Shown: positions 1 to 11,863 of the stretch, in pieces | Numbering within the stretch: position 1 is the stretch's first letter | Layout of the letters: every line of letters begins with the position of its first letter | Source: Octopus vulgaris | Lineage: Eukaryota | Assembly: GCA_951406725.2 (NCBI GenBank) | Contig: OX597814.1 | Location: 143,468,001-143,532,000, forward strand | Length of the DNA: 64,000 nucleotides | Direction of reading: 5' to 3' | Made by a program: the position numbers and the translations under genes | The notes under the pieces: model-generated | The model's database searches: none | The model's input: only the letters and a program-made list of their open reading frames with translations | What the model was told of the DNA's origin: nothing

Positions 1-776
1 TTCTCTCTCTCTTCCTCTCTCTCTCTCTTTCATACACACACGTCCATTTCATATACACTTCCACTTTCTCTTCTCTTTCACTTTAAAACAAAAGTAAATA
101 AATTAAACATTTTTTACGGAAATTAACGAACATCGAATGATGAGATCACATTCAGTTAAAAATATTTCTAAATGATTAAAATATTGTGTACGTCAAAAAG
201 TCAACGGGTATTTTTCTTCTTAGAGAGCGCGAAGACTGTGTGTGTATATGTTACAGATAGCGAACGTGTGTTTGTATTGATAAACACGGTTAATATGTAT
301 GTATATATTTCTTTATTGCTGACAAGGGGCTAAACACAGAGGGGACAAGCAAAGACAGACAGACGGATTAAGTCGATTACATCGACCCCAGTGCGTAACT
401 GGTACTTTATTTATCGACCCCGAAAGGATGAAAGGCAAAGTTGACCTTGGCGGAATTTGAACTCAGAACCTAACGGCAGGCGAAATACGGCTACGCATTT
501 CGCCCGGCGTGGTAACGATTCTGCCAGCCCGACGCCTTATATAATATGTATGTATATTCTGCATGTGTGTTGATGTTATGGAAACCATGTTTTTTTCATC
601 AAGAAATAACAAAAGTTATATTCAATCGCTTAAATAGAGGTCCATATGTCACAAAATCTTGTATTTCCCTGCCGAAGATAAGTATGAAAATAAATATGTA
701 AACAAAATTAAAATAAAATATACTACTTCTGACATATGTCAGGTACACACAAACATCCATAGAGTTTTAGTATTAT
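1..776 (-). mobile_element. Non-autonomous Helitron-like element, 5' portion (interrupted by a SINE at 308-538)
   Basis: 1-720 aligns by eye with 63420-64000 (e.g. tttttacggaaattaacgaa, atcacattcagttaaaaatat, cgtcaaaaag, aggtcca.atgtcacaaaa). The minus strand ends in ataatactaaaactctatgg, resembling Helitron-N 5' termini. The second copy lies inward of a hairpin+CTAG end at 62678. Confidence 0.5.
308..538 (-). mobile_element. tRNA-derived SINE, family A
   Basis: The minus strand reads aaggcg..gctggcagaatcgtta..gttctgagttcaaattccgcc (B box)..gcctttcatcctttcggggtcgataa. Flanked by a 16-bp TSD, taatatgtatgtatat (291-306 / 542-557). Confidence 0.9.
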
Positions 777-1224
777 CAATATATTAATGGAAGTATTGGT
801 ATCCATGGCAAAACGTGTTTATAAAGTGAACATCATAAATGCAAAGATATTATTTATCATACATTTTAGTCCTTTTTCTGATGTTCTCTAAATTAAACAA
901 CCTAACAAATGCTATCTCATCTATGTGTGGGCGATAACTCTATGTTTTCATGTTTCATTTTCTGTTAGATTATCTCGTTTCAATTATTGTGTCATATTTA
1001 AATTTTTTTTCTTTGTAATTGCTTGTATGGCTTTATAAATTTTTAATTTGTACCATTTTTAATTGTTTAACGTCTTTCACCCTATTCCTATTCATTACAT
1101 GACTTGCCCCTCTCACCCCACACATATTTGTAAAGCCCTCCTTGGTTCAACCTACACTCGATTTTATGGTGTTTTTTTGCGGTTAATAAACAATATATTA
1201 AAGTCACTGATATATATGTCGACA

Positions 1225-2205
1225 TGAAGATTTAGCTATGAGTTCACCATTATCTCCGATATTACCCAATATATACATGGAATACTTTGAGAATTTGGCT
1301 TTACGATCAACACCACTAAAACCAACCCCATGGCTGCGATATGTTGATGACACCTTTATTTTCTGACGCCAGAATGAAGATGTCTATGTGCTGTTAGATC
1401 ATGTGAACTGAATAAAGCCATCCATACGGTTCACAATGGAAAAGGAAAAAGACAATCAGTTAGCATTCCTGGACGTATTAATAACACGCACTAAGTATGG
1501 ATTCAGGACATCCGTATACCGCAAGCCAACCTTCACTGGACAATACCTCAGTGCCCAGTGCCTAAAACATCGTGCAAAGAATATAAGTAGCAATCGTGAT
1601 ACCCACTACGAAGAAATGATCAAGCTCAGTAACAATCTATTAGGCAGCAACTACCCCAAAAACATACTAGCTACTCCAATTATGAAGAAAAGAGAGGATG
1701 CAACCAATAAACTGTCTACAGACTGTCTATCCTATGCGAAAGGCCTCTCCGAAAAGATACAAAAGATATGCGACCCATATGACATCAGGACAGTATTCAA
1801 GAGTAATACAACACTTTGCAAATATCTCCTTCGGATAAAACCACCAATAGAAGAAAATATGACCAAAAACTGCGTGTACTCCATCCCATGCAGCTATGGT
1901 AAGTTATACAATGGCGAAACATGCCTCCCCCCCTTAAAATAAGGGTAGAGGATCACCGCAAAGCAGAGACACAAGGAGATATTGATAAATCGGGTATAGC
2001 TGATCATGTATGGAAAAATGGAGACCAACTCCCCCTGTGGGATGAAGTTAAAATAATAGACAGAGAACACCACTGGAAAATACGAAAACTAAAAGAAGCA
2101 GCACATATGCTAGGACACAACAACCTCCTAAGCAGACCGAGTGCAGATATAAATAGCATATGGGAACCGATATTAAGGAAGGATAGGAAAATATTAGATT
2201 TATAA
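1225..2205 (+). pseudogene. Penelope-like element (PLE) ORF remnant: reverse transcriptase plus GIY-YIG endonuclease, frameshifted
   Basis: RT motifs LAM.SPLSPIL.NIYMEYFE (~1235), WLRYVDDTF (~1331) and MEKEKDNQLAFLDVLI..TSVYRKPT. GIY-YIG motifs KNCVYSIPC..GKLY.GET, RVEDH and RKLKEA. Internal stops and a frameshift near 1930. Confidence 0.92.
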
Positions 2206-2234
2206 ACCCTAAAATTCACTCCATAATTGCCCTC

Positions 2235-2294
2235 GTGCATATGGCGTAGTGGTTAAGGAGCGCGGGTTACTAACCCCAAGATTCCAGGCAGTAA

Positions 2295-2333
<39 letters not shown>

Positions 2334-2483
2334 CAACAACTTCGAAAAATACCTTAGGAATGAGAACTCAGGTTCGAAATTTCCCCAAGACACATGATGA
2401 AGGTTGGAGGGTGTATCAGCCGAAACATTGTGTTAACAAGATGAGGACAAATATCTGTCAAATGTAAATAATATAAATAATGT
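2235..2483 (+). mobile_element. PLE 3' terminal repeat-like unit: tRNA-like head + (AAT)n + hammerhead-bearing tail
   Basis: A box tggcgtagtgg at 2242. The B box is deleted relative to the copy at 56988-57252, which matches along its whole length. The unit starts about 30 bp after the GIY-YIG ORF stop. Confidence 0.8.
2389..2434 (+). ncRNA. Minimal type-I hammerhead ribozyme motif (decayed: C3>A, stem III CG>CA)
   Basis: gacac ATGATGA a ggttg-gagggtgtat-cagcc GAAA ca TT gtgtt. Stems I and II pair. Confidence 0.7.
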
Positions 2484-2719
2484 AAAATTTGTTCGAAACT
2501 ATTTGTAGAGGCAGAAAATTTGAAAGTAAGAAAGTTGTGAAGGATGAACAGAAACAAAAAACACAATAGAATAACACCACCATAAACAATTACTGTAACA
2601 ACAACAACAAAAAGTAAATGAGGCATAAGTGCAACCATTACCTCGTAGCATAAGAAACGTCACCATCACTATCACTACTACCATCTCAGTAGTGATAACA
2701 GTAATAACATTACGATTCC

Positions 2720-3630
2720 GTGAGAGATTAAAGAGGTGATTGACCTTAGCAAGATTTGAACTGAGAAAGTGAAGAACCAGTCAAAAACTCCGAATGCATA
2801 TTGTCTGATGCTTTATCGATTCCACCAAGCTATAATCCTAACACCGCTTCTAACATAGCCAGAGCTTTGGGAGAGGAGGTTACTCGATTAAATCAATCCT
2901 TGTATTTCATTGGTACTTCATTCCGCAAGAACAAAGGACGGATTTTACCAAGGCGGGTCTGAGCCTAGAATGTAACGAGATAGATCAATTGTCATAAGTC
3001 AGTCCTTTCTTTTTTCTAACGCTCTAACGATTCTGCGAACTCATCACCCAATATTCACACAAAAGTCCAAGGACGTGGGTATAACTGATTCAATTTTATT
3101 ACTCTTGGCGGAGAAATAACAGGTAAAGTCGACCTAGATGGAAGCTGAACTCATCCATTGAATTCATCCGCTTCAAATTAAGCTATTCACCAACTTACCA
3201 CAATCGCTCCCAAATACCATGTTTTTCATCATACAAGTTGATCTTGTATATAATGTAAACATTCAGTGTAAACATTCAAACAATGTCACTATCTTTCTAA
3301 ATCATGTTGCATTTCATATGAAAGTTTTGGTCCTCCAAAATCGACTTACTTTTATTAGATGTAAATTTTGGTCCGAAAAATTCTAAATTTGCGCCGAAAA
3401 TGGTGGTATTGGTTGTAAATTTTGGCACAAGGCCAGCAGGTTGGCGGGAAGGATTCTAAGTCGATTGCATCGACCCCAGTGTTCAACTGGTACTTATTTT
3501 ATCAACCACGAAAGGATGAAAGGCAAAGTCGACGTAAGCGAAATTTGAACTCAGAAAGTGGAGACGGATGAAATACTGCAGAGCAGTTTGCTCGGTGTGC
3601 TAATGATTCCACCAGCTCCCCACCCCACCT
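2720..3630 (-). mobile_element. Cluster of old family-A SINE copies
   Basis: Repeated degenerate ggtactt..atcgacc..gaaaggatgaaaggcaaagtcgac..gaactcagaa motifs. The best-preserved copy is 3410-3630. Confidence 0.75.
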
Positions 3631-4275
3631 ATGACAGAATAGTTAGCAAAACGGGTAAAAGGCTTGGAGTACTTGATATTTTTGTTGTTGTTATTTAACA
3701 CTAAGTGAGTCATGACCGATCAGATTAAAGATCAAAAGTGCTCTAACTATAATTACCCACTCATTTATCTAGATATGTCAGAACTAGGAATACACAATCC
3801 AGAGTGCCCTTCCTCTTTTTTATATATTAAATTTGACTTGTATTACATCTTACTGTTATTTCTAGCCGTTCAACATATCAAATAACAATTCCCTCTTAAG
3901 ATCGATATATTGTAAGGAAGCCCTACGACATTCACTGGCAGGATGCATATTTGATTTATTATCAGAATTCTTCCTTCGTATTTTATGTAGCAACGACAGT
4001 TTTATGCTTCCTTCCATCGCTATTGAGAACATGCCCTATTTTAACTTTCGTTAAATTATAGATGAGGCTGAGATCATATTTTAAACAGTGGTTGTTTAAT
4101 ATCGGAATATCTATAAATGAACGAAAATTATATATTCATATATATAATATATAAACATGTGTATATATATATATGATATATATATATATGAATATATATG
4201 TAATATACATATATATGATATATATACATATATATATGCATAAATAACACACACATACACGCATACACACACACA

Positions 4276-4323
<48 letters not shown>

Positions 4324-4450
4324 ACATACGTACATATATATATATGAGTTCTTTCATAGGTTTATATAGATATATATATACATACATATATTCATAGATT
4401 TATATACAGATATGTATACATACATTCATATATATATATATATATATGTG

Positions 4451-4513
<63 letters not shown>

Positions 4514-4587
4514 TGTGGCAATAATAAATTTCTGATGGAGATGTAAACAGTAGCAGCTCGGAATCGTGAAGTACATTTTCCACCAAA

Positions 4588-4699
4588 GTGTGGCGGAGAC
4601 ATAGTGAATGATGATATTGTTGTTTATAGTTCAAGGAAGACATCTGCTTTACTGGGGCTATAAACAACAGTAGCATCGTCCATTATGTGTCCGCAACAT
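4588..4699. repeat. Imperfect ~110-nt hairpin (palindrome)
   Basis: gtgtggcggagacatagtgaatgatgatattgttgtttatagttc pairs with gggctataaacaacagtagcatcgtccattatgtgtccgcaacat. Confidence 0.85.
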
Positions 4700-5221
4700 T
4701 TAGCTGTATACACACACACACACACACGCGCGCGCGCAAATACATACATACATTCATATATACACACATATATATATATAAAGCACATGTATATACATAT
4801 ATATATGTTTAGATTTACATACATATGCACATTCATATATGTGTATGTCTTTATATGCATGTATGTATGTAGTAGCTTCATGCAACCATAGCGTGGATTC
4901 GATCTTTGACTACCGAATATTACTTAACACTTCGACAGCGCTTTTCTCACGATAAAACAGTTTTTTCTGTAAATGACAGCAGTTAAACATTTCCCAGATG
5001 CCTTCGCTAAGCAGAATAATGTCTTTGCCTCTCGCCAACCTCCGACAACCTCTCTCCCAACCTCCAACAATCTTTCTCGCCAACCTCCAACAATTTCTCC
5101 TTCCTCCAGCTTACAGTTTTTTGTAATTTTTCTTGACGGAAAATACACCTTTTGTGGAAGTTATAACGGAATTGCTTTCTTATATCAGAGTAATGAGGCG
5201 TTTCAATAGAACATCTTTACT

Positions 5222-5249
5222 CCCGAGAACTACCGGATACACCAGCTAG
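5222..5249 (+). mobile_element. Helitron-type 3' terminus
   Basis: cccgagaactaccggatacaccagCTAG|t, similar to the termini at 6592-6619 and 61907-61934. The 5' boundary is not resolved. Confidence 0.55.
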
Positions 5250-5261
5250 TATATATATATA

Positions 5262-5505
5262 TAAAACTTATAAATAAGCGCAAACGAAAAAATTTCTAAT
5301 GCCAAATATGCCGAAATTGGACACCCTATCCATAACCATATAATTTTTCGCAATACGCACGCTACTCAAAAAATGGTCAACTCAAAAAAAGGTTTTTTGA
5401 GTAGCGTGCGTATTGTGAAAAATTATATGGTTATGGACAATTTGTCTAATTTCGGCATATTTGGCACTAGAAATTTTATCGTTTGCCCTTATTTATAAGT
5501 TGTTT
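5262..5505. repeat. Fold-back inverted repeat (~110-bp arms) abutting (TA)n
   Basis: acttataaataag.gcaaacga...caatacgcacgctactcaaaaaa is the reverse complement of ttttttgagtagcgtgcgtattg...tcgtttgcccttatttataagt. Confidence 0.9.
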
Positions 5506-6035
5506 ATAAATTTAACCTTCAAAGGTATCTCTTGTGATAAAAGGCAGATTTTCTCTGCCTCCCACATAGTTTGTTTTTTATACAATTGTACAATATAGAA
5601 TTTCTTCAATTGGAATTTACCTATGATTTTTCGAAGTAGATTCGATTGGGTCATGGCATATAAAGTTTTTTCAATTTGACCCACAATTAAGCAAAAATTC
5701 GTGAAAACTAAATATTTTACGATTTGCCTCTCTAATTTCAACTGCTTCACTCCTTCTATTACCACACTTTCTCCTACTTTCTCTTTGCAAGTGTACCTTC
5801 AACCACTACTCAAAAAAATACACAGGAGACAGAAACAAATAAATACATAACGATTTACTCCACACACAATTTCTTCAATTGGAATTTACCTATGATTTTT
5901 CGAAGTACATTCCATTCTATATTTTATAAATTAAAATTGGTTTTTAATTTACTTTCTGTCGCTAAGTTTTGGTAGTATTAATTTGCCAGCGTACTTCAGT
6001 TCTCAATTGTTGAAAGAAAGAAATTGTAAGCTAAG

Positions 6036-6073
<38 letters not shown>

Positions 6074-6177
6074 TGCGTGTGTGTATGTGTGTGCGTGTGT
6101 GTGTGTGTGTGTGTGTAGGAAGTGAAGGATAAAAATATGGCAAGAAGTGGACACATGTACATATATACATACATAAG

Positions 6178-6208
<31 letters not shown>

Positions 6209-6230
6209 GTATTAATGTGTGTGTGTGTTA

Positions 6231-6619
6231 TCTCTCTATATAAAGCTGAAGTTGTCTGTGTGCGCCAGGTTTGGTAACCTTCAACTAACACTATCTCCTC
6301 CGAGACCCTGCGGTGCAAGTTGACCAGAATTGAGAGTATGATAGTAGAAGGGTTGCTCTTCCTTTCGTAGAAGATAAAATTCAAATCGGACCATGTTAAC
6401 ACCAAAAATTATTTACATCAAAAAGGTGCTTTTTTCTATGAAAATCCCTATTTTTTACGATTTTGTCACTGCTGTGTAGCCTTTTTTCGGTGTATTTCAA
6501 CCAGAAAAATGTTCACTTGAAGAGAATAACAAGCTACATAATGCAAAATTATTACTTTTCAAAAATTCCAATTCCAGCGGGTCGAAACAAACCCGAGCAA
6601 CGCCGGGCGATACTGCTAG
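6231..6619 (+). mobile_element. Non-autonomous Helitron
   Basis: 5' a|TC (tctctctatataaagctg), subterminal hairpin cccgagcaacgccggg, 3' CTAG|t. Inserted between A and T with no TSD. A shorter copy lies at 61751-61934. Confidence 0.85.
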
Positions 6620-6678
6620 TTTTTTTAATATGTTGGCCATTGATAAAATTTTTTTTAGAAAACATTTTTATCCTACAT

Positions 6679-6735
<57 letters not shown>

Positions 6736-6749
6736 GTGTGTGTGTGTGT

Positions 6750-7227
6750 GTACGGAACGTCAACAAAGGTAACCAACATGAAATAAGATAACGAATGAGT
6801 TCCATACGCAAAGAACGAAATAAACAAATGGAAAACAGGACAAATAATGCATAGAACGACCCTTCATCAGTTGTCGGCTGTCTATCTACTCTTTATTTCG
6901 AGCATTGAACGTCACTATGAATCTTGGAAGACAGTTGCTCCCATAAGTACCAAAATAAAATTTTAGATTTATGGAGGGTCAAAGTTGGAAACAAAAACAG
7001 GATAGTGGAGACATACAAGGGAGACCGAACGAAAACAAACATGAAAGTTTTGTTAGACCAGAACGCGGCTAAATAGCGAACGCTGGAGAAATATTTTGTT
7101 TAAAAAGAGAAAAGATAGAAGAGAGAGAGAGAGATAGAATACGTTCAGTCCTTAAGACATTCTTGAAGAAAGGGAACGATGATCACGTGAAGAAAATAAA
7201 GATAGACGGTGGTTACGTGTGAGCCAC

Positions 7228-7260
<33 letters not shown>

Positions 7261-7430
7261 AGAGGGAGGAGAGAGATACAGTTAGAAAACAGTGAAGGGG
7301 AGAAAAAGGGAATTAGAGAAACGGATGGGGGACGCTATTCTGTTTTCTCCCCCATTTTTTTCTGTATATGGATTTCTCCCCCATGCTTTTCTCCTTCGCC
7401 GTTTTATATCTCTCTCTATATATAATATAA
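6750..7430 (-). mobile_element. Unclassified interspersed repeat embedded in TA/TG microsatellite
   Basis: The reverse complement matches 33040-33350 (ccaactttgaccctccataaatc, aatgctcgaaat, caact.atgaagggtc). Confidence 0.65.
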
Positions 7431-7790
7431 GTAATAAATATTTTAGAAATAGATGTCAAATACTGTTTCCAACCGATAATCGCAAAGCATGTTTATCATG
7501 CAGAGCATGAAATCAATTGATATTGAGATATGTGTTACTTGCCTTTGTATTCCATTGAGAGGTAAGCCTATTTTTTAAAAATGTTCATTGCATTGGTCGT
7601 GTGTAGATTTACCGTAAAATTTATGGTGATTTTTTGAAGCTGTTGCTTTGAGTTTTAGCAAGAGGTATCTTTACCCTTCTCTTCTTCAATTATTTTGTAT
7701 AGTACCTGTATAGGTAGAAATCTTCCTAACCACCTCATTATTACTGTATATAATGGTAACAATACTTCTCATATCTAAATTGATATTTAT

Positions 7791-7837
<47 letters not shown>

Positions 7838-8353
7838 TATATATATATATCAATATATATATATATATATTATTTATATTAGATTCATATATAATTATAT
7901 ATATATTATATTATATATATATATACTATTTATATTATATATGTATTATTTATATTATATATAAATTACATTATATATATATTATTTATATTATATTACT
8001 TATATTATATATATTATTTATATTATATACATTATTTATATCATATTTAAATACATACTTTATGTATGTATGTATGTATGTATACCGAGGTTTCTAGAAA
8101 GAATATACAAAGAGTGCTTTAAGAATTTCCATTATATTCTTTCGGCAGCAGTTATTCATTATCAGTATTGGTCGAAAGAAGATTGATCAGTTAGAAGAGA
8201 AAATGAAACTAATAATTTAGTTAATTTGGGATTTCTAACCTTGCTGAACTGAAAATTATCGATCTCTCTTTACATGAAACAACAGTGCAAGAATGCATTC
8301 CAATTGAAAAATAATTATAATCAACTAAAATTAATGTTTTCTTTATATCTTTT

Positions 8354-8423
<70 letters not shown>

Positions 8424-8792
8424 TCTCTCACTCTCTCTCTCCCTCTCTCTCTCTCCGTTACCATAGATTTTTCAATTTTTTTTAATTTTCGTCCGCCACC
8501 GCAGAATGTCGTATAAAATATCAAATATGTTTTGTGGTAATTATGAAGCAGAAAAGACTATGGGAAGCCGGAAATATGCTGATTCGACTCTGTATCTTTT
8601 ATCTGTTTCACTCACTTGACTTGGTTTCATGCAGGGGTACCGACTGGAAGAGTTTAGTCGAACGAATCGATACGAGCTTTTTATGGCCGAACTGCTGAGT
8701 TGCGGGGATGCAAACAAACCATCGATTGTTACACGGTAATGGTGAACAATCACGAAGACACATGCGCGCGCGCACACACACACACGCACGCA

Positions 8793-8823
<31 letters not shown>

Positions 8824-8849
8824 TTACACACACACACACACACACTGAA

Positions 8850-9057
8850 ATACGAGGCGGTGCTGAGAGATTCCTGGCTTTGGGCAAAAGAAAATACAGG
8901 AGAATCAGTTAATTATGATTTTATTCAACATATTACCCTTTCAGGTCCACACACTTATTACATTGGTACTTCAAATTTTCTTAGCCCTGTAATAGGACTC
9001 GGAAGGTCGGGTCTTCAACCAGGCTCTTCGCGACACCCTTAAAGCCAGGAACTTCGC
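8850..9057. mobile_element. Tc1/mariner-type MITE (right end truncated)
   Basis: Left TIR tacgagg.ggtgctgagagattcctggcttt and right TIR aaagccaggaactt. Confidence 0.7.
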
Positions 9058-9059
9058 GT

Positions 9060-9250
9060 GTGTATCGTTGTTGGCGATTTTTTTCTTCATTTTCCCTTCC
9101 TTGGACTTTTCGTTTTTCTATGTTTCTGACGAAGAGCTCCGCTCGAAACGTTAAATCCTCCTTCTTTCTTTCTTTTCTTGAGCGTCCAATAGCACTATAC
9201 GTCCTCGCGTTGTTGTGTTTTCTCTTTGTTCATGTTTGGATTAACTATAT
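9060..9250 (+). mobile_element. ~190-bp hammerhead-bearing mini-element ending in (TA)n
   Basis: Contains an intact HHR. The layout (T-rich leader, HHR, tgagcgt.., tail, then TA repeat) resembles the copies at 19k, 21k, 25k and 26.8k. Confidence 0.7.
9122..9156 (+). ncRNA. Minimal type-I hammerhead ribozyme, canonical core
   Basis: gttt CTGACGA a gagc-tcc-gctc GAAA cg TT aaat: CUGANGA and GAAA cores, 4-bp stem II, palindromic CG in place of stem III, UH cleavage site. Confidence 0.82.
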
Positions 9251-9268
9251 GTATATATATATACATAC

Positions 9269-9340
<72 letters not shown>

Positions 9341-9432
9341 ATGTATAAGGATGAAAAGGAACACACGAGTTGATATATATGAAAAAACAAGTCAGGATAG
9401 AAAATCCTAAAATAATTTTATAAAGAACATTT

Positions 9433-9469
9433 CAGTACCGGTTTCAGCCATTTGAGACCTTTTCAACTG
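9433..9469 (-). ncRNA. Minimal hammerhead motif, U3-A8 core variant
   Basis: Minus strand: cag TTGAAAA ggtc-tcaaat-ggct GAAA ccgg TA ctg. Confidence 0.6.
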
Positions 9470-9659
9470 TAACAATTAAATAATTAAATTTAGAAAAATT
9501 AAAAGACAATTTTTTTAAAACTGGAACTCACAAGAGTGAACAAGAGAGACAGAGAAAGGCAGAAACAAGGAAAATGCCATTTATATTTGAACACTATACA
9601 AATATTCTTTTAAAAAAACTTTTCTTTTAATTTTTCTAAATTTACTTATTTAATTGTTA

Positions 9660-9696
9660 CAGTTGAAAAGGTCTCAAATGACTGAAACCGGTACTA
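9660..9696 (+). ncRNA. Minimal hammerhead motif, U3-A8 core variant
   Basis: cag TTGAAAA ggtc-tcaaat-gact GAAA ccgg TA cta. Stem I is weakened. Confidence 0.55.
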
Positions 9697-10431
9697 AAAT
9701 GTTCTTTATAAAATTATTTTAGCATTTTCTATCCTGACTTGTTTTTTCATATATATATATTTCAGTTTCTGGCAATCAAATCCACTCCCAAGGGTTTGGT
9801 AGGCCCAAGACTACAGTAGAGGGCGATTACACAAGTTTACACGCAATGGGACTGAACCCAGAAATCATGTGGTCGTTGAGTATACTACTTCCAACATAGC
9901 CACACCTGAAGTGTAAAATTCGTAAAAAAATTACAGCTAATATGTTTCAAGTTGTCATGTTATTCAAACAATAAAATTCATTTCAGGGCAAATTCGTGTC
10001 AAACTTGCAGAAACATATTATTCACTACACACCAATGTGTAGAATCTTGGTGACATAAAAGGGCACAAAATCTTCGATATTTCATGCAATTTTATCTCAA
10101 ATTGTGATTTATACACATAGAATTATGGTTCTTGAATGCAAATTATAGTTTATCATTGTAATTTATGGTTTATAAATGTTAGGAGCATGTGACTTCAAAG
10201 TCTCTAGTGTGAACAGAGCAAAATATAGAAATAGACATATAAGAAAAACGCAAACGTACGTGGGTGTTTATAATCTTGACACCTATGCATTTTTCTATTT
10301 GCTGATATAAAGAATATAACCATAAAGTACAAAATGCGAAATGACTGGCATAGAACACAGAAATAAAGATAACTGTATCATTGGAAAACTGAGAGAGAGA
10401 GGACGAGAGAGGGAGAGAGAGAAATATGTAA

Positions 10432-10477
<46 letters not shown>

Positions 10478-11066
10478 TATATATATATTCATACATACAT
10501 AGAGAAAGAGAGCGATGGGGGTTAGAGAGACGGAGACAGAGGATTAAAGAGAACGAATAGAAGTTATTCAGTGAAAGTTAGAGAAATAAAGAAATATATG
10601 GAGATAAACCTAGCTGGACGTGCAAGCCGATATATACACATACATATCTATGTGTATATATATCTTTGTGTATATGTATATGTGTGTATATGTGTATATG
10701 TATTTTTGTAAATGTATAAATATATTGATATATATATATGCATATATATGTATTTATGTATATGTATTCATATATATATATGTGTTTATATATATGCATT
10801 TATATATATGTATTTATATATATATGTATATATAAATATATATGTATTTATATATATGTATTCATATATATATGTATTTATATGTATGTATATATTTATA
10901 TGTATATATGTTTTTATATGCATATGCATTTATATATATATATGTATATATATATATGTATATATATGTATATATATATATATGTATATATATATGTATA
11001 TATATGTATATGTATATATATGTATATATATATGTATATATAGGTATATGTATATATATATATTAT

Positions 11067-11125
11067 ATTAGAGATAAAACCACTATTAGGCAAATCAATT
11101 GTCTAATAGTGGTTTTATCTCTAAT
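11067..11125. repeat. Near-perfect hairpin within (TA)n
   Basis: attagagataaaaccactattaggcaa-atcaa-ttgtctaatagtggttttatctctaat. Confidence 0.9.
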
Positions 11126-11147
11126 TTAATATAATATATATTTATCT

Positions 11148-11211
11148 CGCGGTGGTGCCCCAGCATGGCCGCGGCCTTCGGGCTAAAACATTTTTAAAGA
11201 TTTAAGGATTT
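11148..11211 (+). mobile_element. Severely 5'-truncated CR1-type LINE 3' tail
   Basis: gcggtggtgccccagcatggccgcggccttcgggctaaaacattttt..aaggattt matches the reverse complement of the LINE 3' end at 62066-62120. Confidence 0.8.
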
Positions 11212-11274
11212 ATACTATAAAATTGGATCTAATCCTAAATCTAATTTTTCCCTGTAAGTTTGGATTTACTCCCT

Positions 11275-11365
<91 letters not shown>

Positions 11366-11411
11366 ATATATATATATCTGTATATTCATATATATATATA
11401 TATATGTACTG

Positions 11412-11487
<76 letters not shown>

Positions 11488-11498
11488 TTATATATATA

Positions 11499-11706
11499 CA
11501 GGGTGTCCCAGAAGTTGCGCACCACCCTGTGATTTTAAAGGATACACCCTTATTGATTTCAAAAACACTTTATTGAAATTAATCGTAACAAATGCTGAAA
11601 TTGAGCACCCTCTACAATAAAACATGCAGAAAAAATATAATAAAATAAAATGCTTTAATTATTTAAAATGAAAACCAGAATGGTGCGTGACTTCTGGGAC
11701 ACCCTG
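11499..11706. mobile_element. Tc1/mariner-type MITE
   Basis: TIRs cagggtgtcccagaagttgcgcacca / tggtgcgtgacttctgggacaccctg, in a TA context. Confidence 0.88.
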
Positions 11707-11863
11707 CATATATAACTATGTATTTATATATATATATACGTATATATATGTCTACATATGTATGTACATATATATATACCTATATATGTATTTCTATATA
11801 GAGAGAGAGAAATATTAAAATTTCTAAGTCTCTCTAAAGGAGATTACGGTCAGCGGTACAGGA

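Larger units (their letters stand above)
9379..9750. repeat. Fold-back element (~140-bp inverted arms) flanked by (TA)n; each arm carries an HHR-like motif
   Basis: atgaaaaaacaagtcaggatagaaaat... and ...attttctatcctgacttgttttttcat. HHR motifs at 9433-9469 (-) and 9660-9696 (+). Confidence 0.9.

Noticed and set aside
6850-6910. Minus-strand gctc-GAAA ... CTGATGA-agggt as a permuted (type II) hammerhead; related sequence at 33225-33260
   Set aside because: Both core strings and a possible stem II are present, but I could not form stem I or stem III. Unresolved without a family consensus.
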